DNA of 64,000 bases from an uncultured delta proteobacterium (GTDB taxonomy: Bacteria > Myxococcota_A > Polyangia > Polyangiales > Houyiibacteriaceae): NCBI GenBank assembly GCA_963699755.1, contig CAVOVB010000001.1:96001-160000 (forward strand). Direction: 5' to 3'. The position numbers and the translations under genes are program-made. The notes beneath the pieces are model-generated. The model had not been told where the DNA came from, searched no databases, and worked only from the letters and a program-made list of their open reading frames with translations. This document shows positions 31,437 to 39,251 of this stretch, one piece after another. Within the stretch, counting starts at the first letter, position 1; every line of letters starts with the position of its first letter.

Positions 31437-32713
31437 GCTTTGTCACCATGCCGGAAGAGCCGGCCAACGGAACGCCCGCTAACGTCCGTCCGATCAAGTC
31501 CTGGAAGAAACGCCTCACGAAGGGACCGAAGGGCGGGATCAAGAGCACAGTTTCAAACGCGGTGCTGATCTTGTCCCACGATCGCGAATGGGGCGGCGTG
31601 CTGGGCTACGATGAGCGCGGCGAGGAGCCGATTCTACTTTCGAGGCCGCCGTTTCTCGATTGCCCCGACAGCATCCTACGGACACCGCGTTCGCTCACTG
31701 ATGCCGATGACGTTCGAACGACGCAATGGCTCGAGGAGCGGTATGGGATGTCGCAACCGCTAACCCAGGCTCACGCTGCATTGAACGCGGTCGCGCGCAC
31801 ATCGCCGTTCGACCGCGTGCGGGATTACCTCGACGGGCTCACCTGGGACCGAGAGAACCGCCTAGACGACTGGACCACCGAGTACCTTGGGACGCCTCGA
31901 ACCGCCTACACGAAGGCCGTAGGGCGGCGTTGGATGATCTCCGCGGTGGCCCGTACCTATGAGCCGGGATGCAAAGCAGATCATGTGATCGTGCTGGAAG
32001 GCAAACAGGGGATCGGCAAGAGCACCGCGCTCCGAATCCTGGGCGGGGACGAGTATTTCGGCGACGACATCCCGAGCCTGGGCTCGAAGGATGCGCAGCA
32101 ATACCTGGGAACCCTCTGGATCGTGGAGCTCGCCGAGATGGATGCTGCCACGAAATCCGAGGCGTCCACGCTCAAGCGGTTTCTCACGACCACGACAGAC
32201 CGCTATCGGCCGCCCTACGGTCGCCGGACCATCGTACACGCGCGGCGGTGTGTGTTTGCCGGCAGCGTCAACCTCGAGGCGTACCTCAAGGATTCAACAG
32301 GCGGCCGGAGGTTCTGGCCGCTGCAATGCTCCACGGTCGACCTCGAGGCCTTGGCCCTATCCCGAGACAGCCTGTGGGCCGAAGCGGTCGCCGCGTATCG
32401 CGCGGGCGAGAAGTGGCACCTCGACGATCCCGAGCTCGTCAGTCTCGCCGCGAGCGAGCAGACCGAACGCCTCGAGCGCGACCCCTGGCATGACAAGATC
32501 GCCGAGCACATCGCCAAGCCCATCGTGACGTTCATCACGACCCCGGACCTGCTGGAGCACGCCCTTGGGATGGACGCCGCGAAGATGAACAAGGCGGACA
32601 GCAACCGAGTCGGCGCCGTTATGCGGTCCGAGGGCTGGCAATATGGCGAAGGCGATCAGCGCCGCCGAGGCTGGCACCGCCCACCCCACGCAACCCACGC
32701 AAGTCCCAAATGA
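31433..32713 (+). CDS. VapE/VirE family P-loop helicase/ATPase
   Basis: PGCKADHVIVLEGKQGIGKST, WIVELAEM, DRYRPPYGR, LKDSTGGRRFWP. Confidence 0.9.
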   Translation: MSFVTMPEEPANGTPANVRPIKSWKKRLTKGPKGGIKSTVSNAVLILSHDREWGGVLGYDERGEEPILLSRPPFLDCPDSILRTPRSLTDADDVRTTQWLEERYGMSQPLTQAHAALNAVARTSPFDRVRDYLDGLTWDRENRLDDWTTEYLGTPRTAYTKAVGRRWMISAVARTYEPGCKADHVIVLEGKQGIGKSTALRILGGDEYFGDDIPSLGSKDAQQYLGTLWIVELAEMDAATKSEASTLKRFLTTTTDRYRPPYGRRTIVHARRCVFAGSVNLEAYLKDSTGGRRFWPLQCSTVDLEALALSRDSLWAEAVAAYRAGEKWHLDDPELVSLAASEQTERLERDPWHDKIAEHIAKPIVTFITTPDLLEHALGMDAAKMNKADSNRVGAVMRSEGWQYGEGDQRRRGWHRPPHATHASPK

Positions 32714-32839
32714 GATGCGTGGGTGGAATTCCGAGGGTTTTCAAGATGATCACACATCCACGCAACTATGCATGACGTACCTAATGTGCGTGCGCGCGCG
32801 AAGGTGCAAAGAACCGGGAAAAGATGCGTGGATGCGTGG
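32686..32839. repeat. Six CCACGCA/TGCGTGG heptamers, candidate replication origin
   Basis: CCACGCA at 32686, 32695 and 32758. Inverted TGCGTGG at 32716, 32825 and 32833. Confidence 0.6.
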
Positions 32840-32856
32840 GTGAAAGGAATGGACCG

Positions 32857-33174
32857 ATGACCGGCACCAACGAACCAACGAACCCCCAAACCCAAACTGA
32901 CGCTGCAAGCGAAGCGATCCGAACGCTCTGCGAGATCGTGTCCGAGCTCGACCAGGCGATAGGCTCGCTCTCCGAGCGACACGGGGCGCCCTTCACTGCC
33001 GGCGCGATGCTGTTTCTAGCGCAGGGCATGATGGCGATGGCCGAAGAGCACGGGACCGCGCCGGACGCGAAGTTGTGCTGCAGCCTGCTTTGCCGGCACC
33101 ACGGGCTGCGCGACCCATTCCCGGAGACGTTGGCGCGGGCGAAGGCGTTGCTGGGGGGTGCGGGGCAGGGGTGA
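32857..33174 (+). CDS. Hypothetical protein (element)
   Basis: About 105-aa helical ORF after a purine-rich RBS-like tract. Confidence 0.5.
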   Translation: MTGTNEPTNPQTQTDAASEAIRTLCEIVSELDQAIGSLSERHGAPFTAGAMLFLAQGMMAMAEEHGTAPDAKLCCSLLCRHHGLRDPFPETLARAKALLGGAGQG

Positions 33175-33269
33175 GGGGGTGGGCGCACCCGTTGCGTCGA
33201 CACTCCCATGAAACGCAGAGCTTGCGTCTTCGATGCAATCGAATTTCGGGAAGCAAACGCGAATCTGGC

Positions 33270-33285
33270 GGGAACGAAACTTGCA
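33270..33285 (+). promoter_or_regulatory. Possible sigma-54 promoter for the cargo gene
   Basis: GGGAACGAAACTTGCA: GG-N10-GC with a TTGCA -12 box. Confidence 0.4.
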
Positions 33286-33351
33286 CCCCGAATGCGTGAC
33301 CCGTTCCTGGTGACACCCCCCCTTCGCCGCGAACGGCGAAAGGAGCAGGCC

Positions 33352-35148
33352 ATGGAAGCGCACCGTTGCCCGTCGAGTTTGAAGCAGCGAGTTTGGTTCT
33401 CCCCCTATCTCCTGGCCGTCGCGCTGATGCCGGCTTTTATCCAGATCGACTACAGCGGCTGCTTCTACTACGGCGACTCGAGACTCTCGGAGCTCGAACT
33501 GATAGTCGAGGGCGAGAACCGAATCACTGGGTTTGATTCCGACCAACGAAGCTACGACGTAGTGTTGCCATTGGGTACGGCGGAAGCACGAGTCCGCTCC
33601 GTCGCCAACGATCCCGAGGGCCGCGTCTGGGTCTTCGTGCTCATTGACGGCGAGCGCTTTACGTATCTCGACGACGGCCACGGCGGCTCGGACATCGTCG
33701 TGCCCCTCTCGCCAGGGTCAAGTGTATTGCAGGTAGCAGTGGCACCGCATGGTCGAGCTACCGATTTCTATGAAGTGGCGATAGAGATTGGGATCGACCT
33801 GTGCGCGGGTGCGGACTGCGACGACGGCAACGACTGCACCGCTGATATTTGCGATCCGGCGGACGGGTCATGCACGAATGATTTGCTTCCCGAGGGTACG
33901 CTCTGCGGGGTTGACGGGGTGTGTGAAGCTGGGGCATGCCGGGAGAGGAGCTGGGGAACGCCCGTGTTTATCCAGAGCAACGCTGCCCCGGAATGGGCCC
34001 CCCAGCCAGTCGTCGACACTAGCGGGAATGCCACTGTCGTGTGGGTCGGAGTCGATGGGGTCGACTACGGGATCTGGGCCAACCGCTACACGCCCGGGGC
34101 TGGATGGGGGACGCCGGAACTCATCGCGACTGGCATTGACCAAGTACGTGTACCCAGATTAGCCGTCGAACCCAACGGGAATGTCATCGTGGTGGGGCAC
34201 CAGTACGATGGGTCCGAGTTCCGCATCTGGGCCAACCGCTACACGCCCGGGGCTGGATGGGGGATGCCGGAGTTTGTCGCGAGCAGCACCGGAGGGAACA
34301 TATACAACCCCCGGGTAGCCGTCGACCCCAGCGGCAATGCCATTGTGATGTGGCTCCAGCACGATGGGGTCGACTACGGGATCTGGGCCAACCGCTACAC
34401 GCCCGGGGCTGGATGGGGGACGCCGGAACTCATCGCGGTCGACGTTGATAATTGGTTCCAGCTAGCCGTCGACCCCAATGGGAATGCCATTGTGATGTGG
34501 GACCAGTACGATGGGGTCGACTGGGGGACCTGGGCCAACCGCTACACGCCCGGGGCTGGATGGGGGACGCCGGTGCCTATCCAGAGCAACGGCTATGCTG
34601 GCGGCGCCATGCTAGCCGTCGACCCCAATGGGAATGCCATTGCGATGTGGCACCAGTACGATGGGTCCAAGCACCACATCTGGGCCAACCGCTACACGCC
34701 AGCGACCGGCTGGGGGACGCCGGTGTCTATCCAGAGCAACGAAAGCGATGCTACACATCCCCAGATAGGAGTCGACCGCAACGGGAATGCCATTGTGGTG
34801 TGGCTCCAGCACGATGAGCCCGAGCACCACATCTGGGCCAACCGCTACACGCCAGCGACCGGTTGGGGGACGCCGGTGCCTATCCAGAGCAATGATACAG
34901 GCGCCGTTTTAGCCGTCGACCCCAATGGGAATGCCATTGCGATGTGGCACCAGTACGATGGGTCCAAGCACCACATCTGGGCCAACCGCTACACGCCAGC
35001 GACCGGCTGGGGGACGAGCGAGGAGATCGACACCGATCCTCTCGGATCGTCCGAGTGGAAGTTGGCGATTGGCCCGAACGGAAACGCCGTCGCTGTGTGG
35101 GCGAAACATATTCCCTTCATCGGCATTCAGGCCAACCACTTCGAGTAA
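33352..35148 (+). CDS. Exported cargo protein: cadherin-like beta-sandwich, Cys-rich linker and ~8-blade beta-propeller repeats
   Basis: AAGGAG RBS, hydrophobic leader with SGC, LSELEL..GFDSDQRSYDV, CDDGNDCTADIC, seven WANRYTP..GWG repeats. Confidence 0.75.
   Translation: MEAHRCPSSLKQRVWFSPYLLAVALMPAFIQIDYSGCFYYGDSRLSELELIVEGENRITGFDSDQRSYDVVLPLGTAEARVRSVANDPEGRVWVFVLIDGERFTYLDDGHGGSDIVVPLSPGSSVLQVAVAPHGRATDFYEVAIEIGIDLCAGADCDDGNDCTADICDPADGSCTNDLLPEGTLCGVDGVCEAGACRERSWGTPVFIQSNAAPEWAPQPVVDTSGNATVVWVGVDGVDYGIWANRYTPGAGWGTPELIATGIDQVRVPRLAVEPNGNVIVVGHQYDGSEFRIWANRYTPGAGWGMPEFVASSTGGNIYNPRVAVDPSGNAIVMWLQHDGVDYGIWANRYTPGAGWGTPELIAVDVDNWFQLAVDPNGNAIVMWDQYDGVDWGTWANRYTPGAGWGTPVPIQSNGYAGGAMLAVDPNGNAIAMWHQYDGSKHHIWANRYTPATGWGTPVSIQSNESDATHPQIGVDRNGNAIVVWLQHDEPEHHIWANRYTPATGWGTPVPIQSNDTGAVLAVDPNGNAIAMWHQYDGSKHHIWANRYTPATGWGTSEEIDTDPLGSSEWKLAIGPNGNAVAVWAKHIPFIGIQANHFE
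34075..35016 (+). repeat. Intragenic tandem repeats of 144-156 bp
   Basis: Identical core TGGGCCAACCGCTACACGCC at 34075, 34228, 34384, 34531, 34681, 34834 and 34978. Confidence 0.92.
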
Positions 35149-35194
35149 GTATGCCCCAGAGACCCCTAGATCCTGCAGCTCGACGGGCTCTAGC

Positions 35195-35236
35195 GACTCG
35201 ATGTGGGACGTGGGCGCGTTTGAGGTGCAGCCGTAG
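35195..35236 (+). pseudogene. Relic 3' end of a choice-of-anchor-Q-type gene
   Basis: Reads DSMWDVGAFEVQP-stop, resembling the C-terminal CD(I/V)GAFE motif, with no intact upstream gene. Confidence 0.45.
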
Positions 35237-35270
35237 GCGTGACCGTGGGTAGCGCAACGCCCTGCCTATC

Positions 35271-35315
35271 GGGTCCTTCCTAGCGTCGGCAGCCGAGAGG
35301 CTGGAAGGCTCGCAA
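35271..35315 (+). other. Candidate lambda-like cos site (cosQ-like GGGTCCT with downstream CTCGC)
   Basis: GGGTCCTTCC at 35271 and GGCTGGAAGGCTCGC at about the lambda cosN spacing. Intergenic, upstream of the capsid gene. Confidence 0.4.
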
Positions 35316-35461
35316 GGAATGATCGCTGAGAGGGAAATAGGAACGCGCCAAAACCAAGCGACCGCGCCGACCTCGCACATTTTGAGCCCTTTCAGCACCC
35401 TGGGGCGCTAAACATGAGCTTTCCTCACTTTCTGCTATGCTTGGGATGGAATGGAAAGACT

Positions 35462-37318
35462 ATGGCCAACAGATCGGAAGACGGCCCACCCGGGCAACTA
35501 GCCCGACGCCGAGCGGACGACGTGCCCTCGTTGATCGAAGGCATTTGGCGCCCGCAGTCGGCGAACGAAGCCAGCCGATCCGTGGAGGTCGTGTTTTCGA
35601 GCGGCGCGGACGTGCTTCGACAAAGCATGTTCGGCGACTACATCGAACGGCTACGCATTGACGCCGACTCCGTTGATCTGAGTCGACTTCGAACCGGGGC
35701 GCCGGTCTTAGACAGCCATCAAAGGGACGGCGTGCGCAACGTCTTAGGCACCGTGAGCGACGCTTGGATCGAAGGCGATCGCGGCGTGGCAAGAGTCCGT
35801 TTCAGCGAACGAGCTGCGGACGTTTGGAACGACGTGCGCGAAGGAATTCTGCGCCAGGTGTCGATCGGTTACTCACGCGATGCCGAGGTCGAGCTTGACG
35901 AAACGATCAACGGGGTTCCCGTGCGCGAAGTGACAAGGCTCACGCCCTACGAAATCAGTTTTGTCAGCATCGGCGCCGACCCTCATGCACAGGTGCGATC
36001 CCATGAAGTTACAACCGCGGTTCGGCCGCAGGAAGATGAACAAATGAGAGTGACAGACATCGAAGGCGAGCGCGCACGGTGCGCGTATATCGTCGAAAAC
36101 TGTGAGCGGCTTGGCTTGCCGGCTGAGTTCCGACGCGAGCTGATCGACAAAGGCATCAGCCGAGCCGAAGCCGCCGAGCGAATCCTCGAGTACAAGGCAA
36201 ACGAGCCGGGGCAGGTCGAAGAGATCGATCACAGGATCGAATTTTCCGACAGCCGAGCCCGCGACTTCGTCTCGGACGCCGCGGAAGGCTTGGCGGTTCG
36301 CGAGCGTGTTCTCAAGAGTACCGACAACGCCAATGCACGCGAGTTTGCCGGGCTGAGTTTCCTCGAAGTGGCGCAGCGTGCGGCAGGCATAAACGGCACC
36401 GATCTACGGGGCACGCGGGATCACATGAAGCTGCTACAGCGTGCGTGGAATACGAGTTCAACGTTGAGCGATACCGTCGCCGCGTTCAGCACCCGAAGCA
36501 TGATGGAAGCCTATGAAACGCCGCCGAGGACGTTCCTCGATGCGTTCCGTGAGTCCACGAGCCGCAACTTCCGAGCGAACGAACGAATCCGGCTTTCGGA
36601 CGCGCCCGCCTTGGCCGTTGTCGCTGAGGGCGATGCGTTCGGCGAAGTGAGCCTCAGCGATCGCAAAGAGACGTACACGGTTTCCAAGCGAGGCCATATC
36701 ATCGCGTTCACGTTTGAGAGCATGGTGAACGATGATTTGCAGGCGCTCGTTCGACAAAGCGAGCGCGCTGGTTTCAGCGCCGCGACGGCAGAGTCCGATG
36801 CTTTTTGGTCGGTCGTGACGGCGAACGGGAACCTTTCGGATTCCGCGCCCATCTTCGGCGCAGGAACCGGCAACTTGACGACCGGCGTTGCACTGACAGC
36901 CGACGCCCTCGAAGACATTCGCGAGAGCTTCCGAAACGCGGTCAGCGAAACCGGCGTGAAGTTGAATTTGACGCCGCGGTTCCTCTTCGTGGCACCGGAC
37001 CTGGAGCGGGCGGCGGAAAAGCTTCTGCGCCCGCCAACGAATCACAGCACGGCAACGATCGGCGACGTTCTTTCAAACCAGTACGCTTCGCAACTCGAGC
37101 TCCGCGTCGAAAGCAGGCTGCCCGCCGGTGACTACATGGTCGCCGCCGATTTCCGACAAATCGACACCGGCGAATATGCGTGGCTCCAAGGGACACGCGG
37201 ACCGCGGATCGAAAGTGACGAGGACTTCACCACCGCGGGAATCAAGTACCGCGTGATGGACGTGTTCGGCGCTGGCGTCATCGATCGCCGAGGACTGCTG
37301 TACAACGATGCGACCTAA
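35462..37318 (+). CDS. Prohead protease (HK97-type S78/U35) fused to a major capsid protein (Mu gpT/Gifsy-2-like)
   Basis: Protease motifs APVLDSH, ILRQVSIGY, PYEISFVSIGAD. Capsid motifs ETYTVSKRG, MVNDDLQA, LNLTPRFLFV.PDLE, EYAWLQG..GP, FGAGVID.RG. Alternative start at 35414. Confidence 0.88.
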   Translation: MANRSEDGPPGQLARRRADDVPSLIEGIWRPQSANEASRSVEVVFSSGADVLRQSMFGDYIERLRIDADSVDLSRLRTGAPVLDSHQRDGVRNVLGTVSDAWIEGDRGVARVRFSERAADVWNDVREGILRQVSIGYSRDAEVELDETINGVPVREVTRLTPYEISFVSIGADPHAQVRSHEVTTAVRPQEDEQMRVTDIEGERARCAYIVENCERLGLPAEFRRELIDKGISRAEAAERILEYKANEPGQVEEIDHRIEFSDSRARDFVSDAAEGLAVRERVLKSTDNANAREFAGLSFLEVAQRAAGINGTDLRGTRDHMKLLQRAWNTSSTLSDTVAAFSTRSMMEAYETPPRTFLDAFRESTSRNFRANERIRLSDAPALAVVAEGDAFGEVSLSDRKETYTVSKRGHIIAFTFESMVNDDLQALVRQSERAGFSAATAESDAFWSVVTANGNLSDSAPIFGAGTGNLTTGVALTADALEDIRESFRNAVSETGVKLNLTPRFLFVAPDLERAAEKLLRPPTNHSTATIGDVLSNQYASQLELRVESRLPAGDYMVAADFRQIDTGEYAWLQGTRGPRIESDEDFTTAGIKYRVMDVFGAGVIDRRGLLYNDAT

Positions 37319-37718
37319 CAAACTTCGCGGTGTGTTTAGTCTGCACGCCGAGTTGGTCCCCGTTCCTTCCTGTGCTTGAGCCTGCGAGTCAGTAGTTTTT
37401 TCGTCATCACTCCTGACTCGCAACCCCGTGCCCTCGTAGCAAACCTCGATTTTTCCATTTCTGGGGGGCGCTGCGGGGGCACACCTAATTTCGATGACGC
37501 GCCCTCGCGCAGAGGGTTCGCCATGAGCCTCCGCCGGTCTGGAGTTCGGTGGGGGCTCGCCTAATTCTGGTGAAGCCGCAACCCCGCCGCAGTCGTCCAG
37601 CCCCAGCGCAAACACCGACCGCCGAGGATGGCGCGAGAGGCCGCCAAATCGTTTCCAGGTGCTAGGCATCGTCCGGAATTGCGCGCGCGGAGACTGGCCG
37701 CTATCTCTGTTAACAATG

Positions 37719-37765
37719 TTGACAGGCAAGACAGGCCAGGCTAGCGTCCTTCCCATGAGACAGGC
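37719..37765 (+). promoter_or_regulatory. Sigma-70 promoter overlapped by GACAGGC repeats
   Basis: TTGACA (37719), 17 nt, TAGCGT (37742). GACAGGC at 37721, 37730 and 37759. Confidence 0.6.
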
Positions 37766-37784
37766 AATAGGGCAGGCTTCAGGC

Positions 37785-37976
37785 ATGGCATCCCGGTTGA
37801 TTTCGTTCCGCGTAGATGACGAGCTCGCAGACCGGCTCGACGCAGAGCTCGAGGAGATGAGGCAACGCGCGGACCTCGATGGGTACGAGTTGAGCGAGCC
37901 CGAATACTTTCGGATGCTGTTTCGGCAGGCACTATCCGACCGCGAAGCCAAGCGAAAGAAAAGCCGCAAGCGGTAG
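37785..37976 (+). CDS. Ribbon-helix-helix (CopG/Arc-like) DNA-binding protein
   Basis: SRLISFRVDDELADRLD..SE.EYFRML pattern with a basic tail. Confidence 0.65.
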   Translation: MASRLISFRVDDELADRLDAELEEMRQRADLDGYELSEPEYFRMLFRQALSDREAKRKKSRKR

Positions 37977-38029
37977 AAAGGAAAACGCCTCGCAGGGTCT
38001 AGGAAACCCTCGAGGCGTATGGCTCGAGC

Positions 38030-38683
38030 ATGACGAGCGAGAAAAAGGATACAGCACCGGGCGAAGAGGGCAAGGCGGAAAAGCCGGCGCCATCGCGTGT
38101 TAGTCCGATGGTCCTTCGCATGATCGACTGGACCGATGGACAGAGCCTCGCCGGCGCTGCCGATCCTGCAATCGAGCTCGCCCGCGGGTTTCATCGACTT
38201 CTAGATCGCGCCGACCTAGCGCCTAAGGACCGGAGCGCGGCGCTGGTCCTTTTCGATGCCTTGCTGGACGCCCTACTTGCTGGCGATCCACGGGCTGCCG
38301 TGGCGGCGGCTGCGCATCTGATCGATCGAGGCCACCATGCGCGCCGAGTGGGAGCGGCTGGGCCAGGTCGCTGGATCGAGGCTTTGAAATCGCGCCTTCC
38401 GACAATCCAAGCCGGCGACAGCGCGGGCGCCAAGAGAATCGCGATCACGCTGCTGCATGTCGACCTTTGTCTATCGGACGATCGAGCGGCGGCGCTGGAC
38501 ATCGGGGAGACAATCGAGCTGATCGGTCGGGAGCTGCCGCCGGGCGCCGTTCTTTCGCGAAAGGTGCTGCTCAACATCGCTTCCGAGCTCGCCGCACGGT
38601 CCGGGGCTTTCGATTGCAAGGACCCGAAGGCAGCGAAGGACAAACTCCGCAAGCACTTTTCGAAGGGCTCACCGGATGCCTAA
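38030..38683 (+). CDS. Hypothetical protein (element)
   Basis: 217-aa helical ORF with no motif I recognise. Confidence 0.55.
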   Translation: MTSEKKDTAPGEEGKAEKPAPSRVSPMVLRMIDWTDGQSLAGAADPAIELARGFHRLLDRADLAPKDRSAALVLFDALLDALLAGDPRAAVAAAAHLIDRGHHARRVGAAGPGRWIEALKSRLPTIQAGDSAGAKRIAITLLHVDLCLSDDRAAALDIGETIELIGRELPPGAVLSRKVLLNIASELAARSGAFDCKDPKAAKDKLRKHFSKGSPDA

Positions 38684-38687
38684 TTTC

Positions 38688-38701
38688 GGAAACGCGTTTC
38701 C
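38688..38701. promoter_or_regulatory. Perfect 14-bp palindrome, candidate operator
   Basis: GGAAACGCGTTTCC upstream of the XRE-xis-int operon. Confidence 0.5.
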
Positions 38702-38742
38702 AAGTGACCGACCCCGTCCGAGGCTGGTAGTCAACACTCACA

Positions 38743-38955
38743 ATGACCGGCACCGACGATCAAACGAGGCGACGAATCCGGCAACTCCGCGACGCTGCCG
38801 GACTGACGCAAACCCGGCTGGCTTGGCGCACCGGCATCCATCGAAGCACGCTGGCTCAAATCGAGCTTGGCTATATTCGGCTGTACCCGGGGCACCTGAA
38901 ACGCATCGCGCGGGCGCTGGACGTGACGTTGGACGAGCTCCGGGGGGCGGCGTGA
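38743..38955 (+). CDS. XRE/Cro-family HTH regulator
   Basis: IRQLRDAAGLTQTRLA..TGIHRSTLAQIELG..LKRIARALDV. Confidence 0.88.
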   Translation: MTGTDDQTRRRIRQLRDAAGLTQTRLAWRTGIHRSTLAQIELGYIRLYPGHLKRIARALDVTLDELRGAA

Positions 38956-39251
38956 AGATGGCCCCGGTTCACCGGCTCCCCGATGTTGGTGACGGTGACG
39001 ATAGTCGCCGACTGGTCGACATGACCTGGGGCGAGCTTCGCGCGCTCCTGGCCGATGAGCTGCGGCGACTCAGTGACCCTGATACCCAGATCATGAAGCC
39101 AACCGAGTTCGCTAGGCTGTTGGGCGTTGCGGAAAAGCGCGTTCAAGAGTGGTGCGAAATGGGGATGCCGTTCATCCCAACCGGCGACATCAAGGGCAAG
39201 CGCATTCGAACGCAGAGTGCGCTGGCATGGCTGGAGGCCCGTGGTGGCTAA
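38952..39251 (+). CDS. Excisionase-like HTH protein
   Basis: GTGA overlap with the XRE gene. IMKPTEFARLLGVAEKRVQEWCEMGMP..RIR..ALAWLE, directly upstream of the integrase. Confidence 0.75.
   Translation: MKMAPVHRLPDVGDGDDSRRLVDMTWGELRALLADELRRLSDPDTQIMKPTEFARLLGVAEKRVQEWCEMGMPFIPTGDIKGKRIRTQSALAWLEARGG

Noticed and set aside
34075..35016. CRISPR array or DGR template/variable repeats
   Set aside because: Repeats are in-frame coding units of about 150 bp. There are no cas genes, no reverse transcriptase, and differences are not confined to adenines.
35462..37318. Encapsulin nanocompartment
   Set aside because: The fused phage prohead protease and the integrase/primase context point to a viral-type capsid, and no encapsulin cargo enzyme is adjacent.
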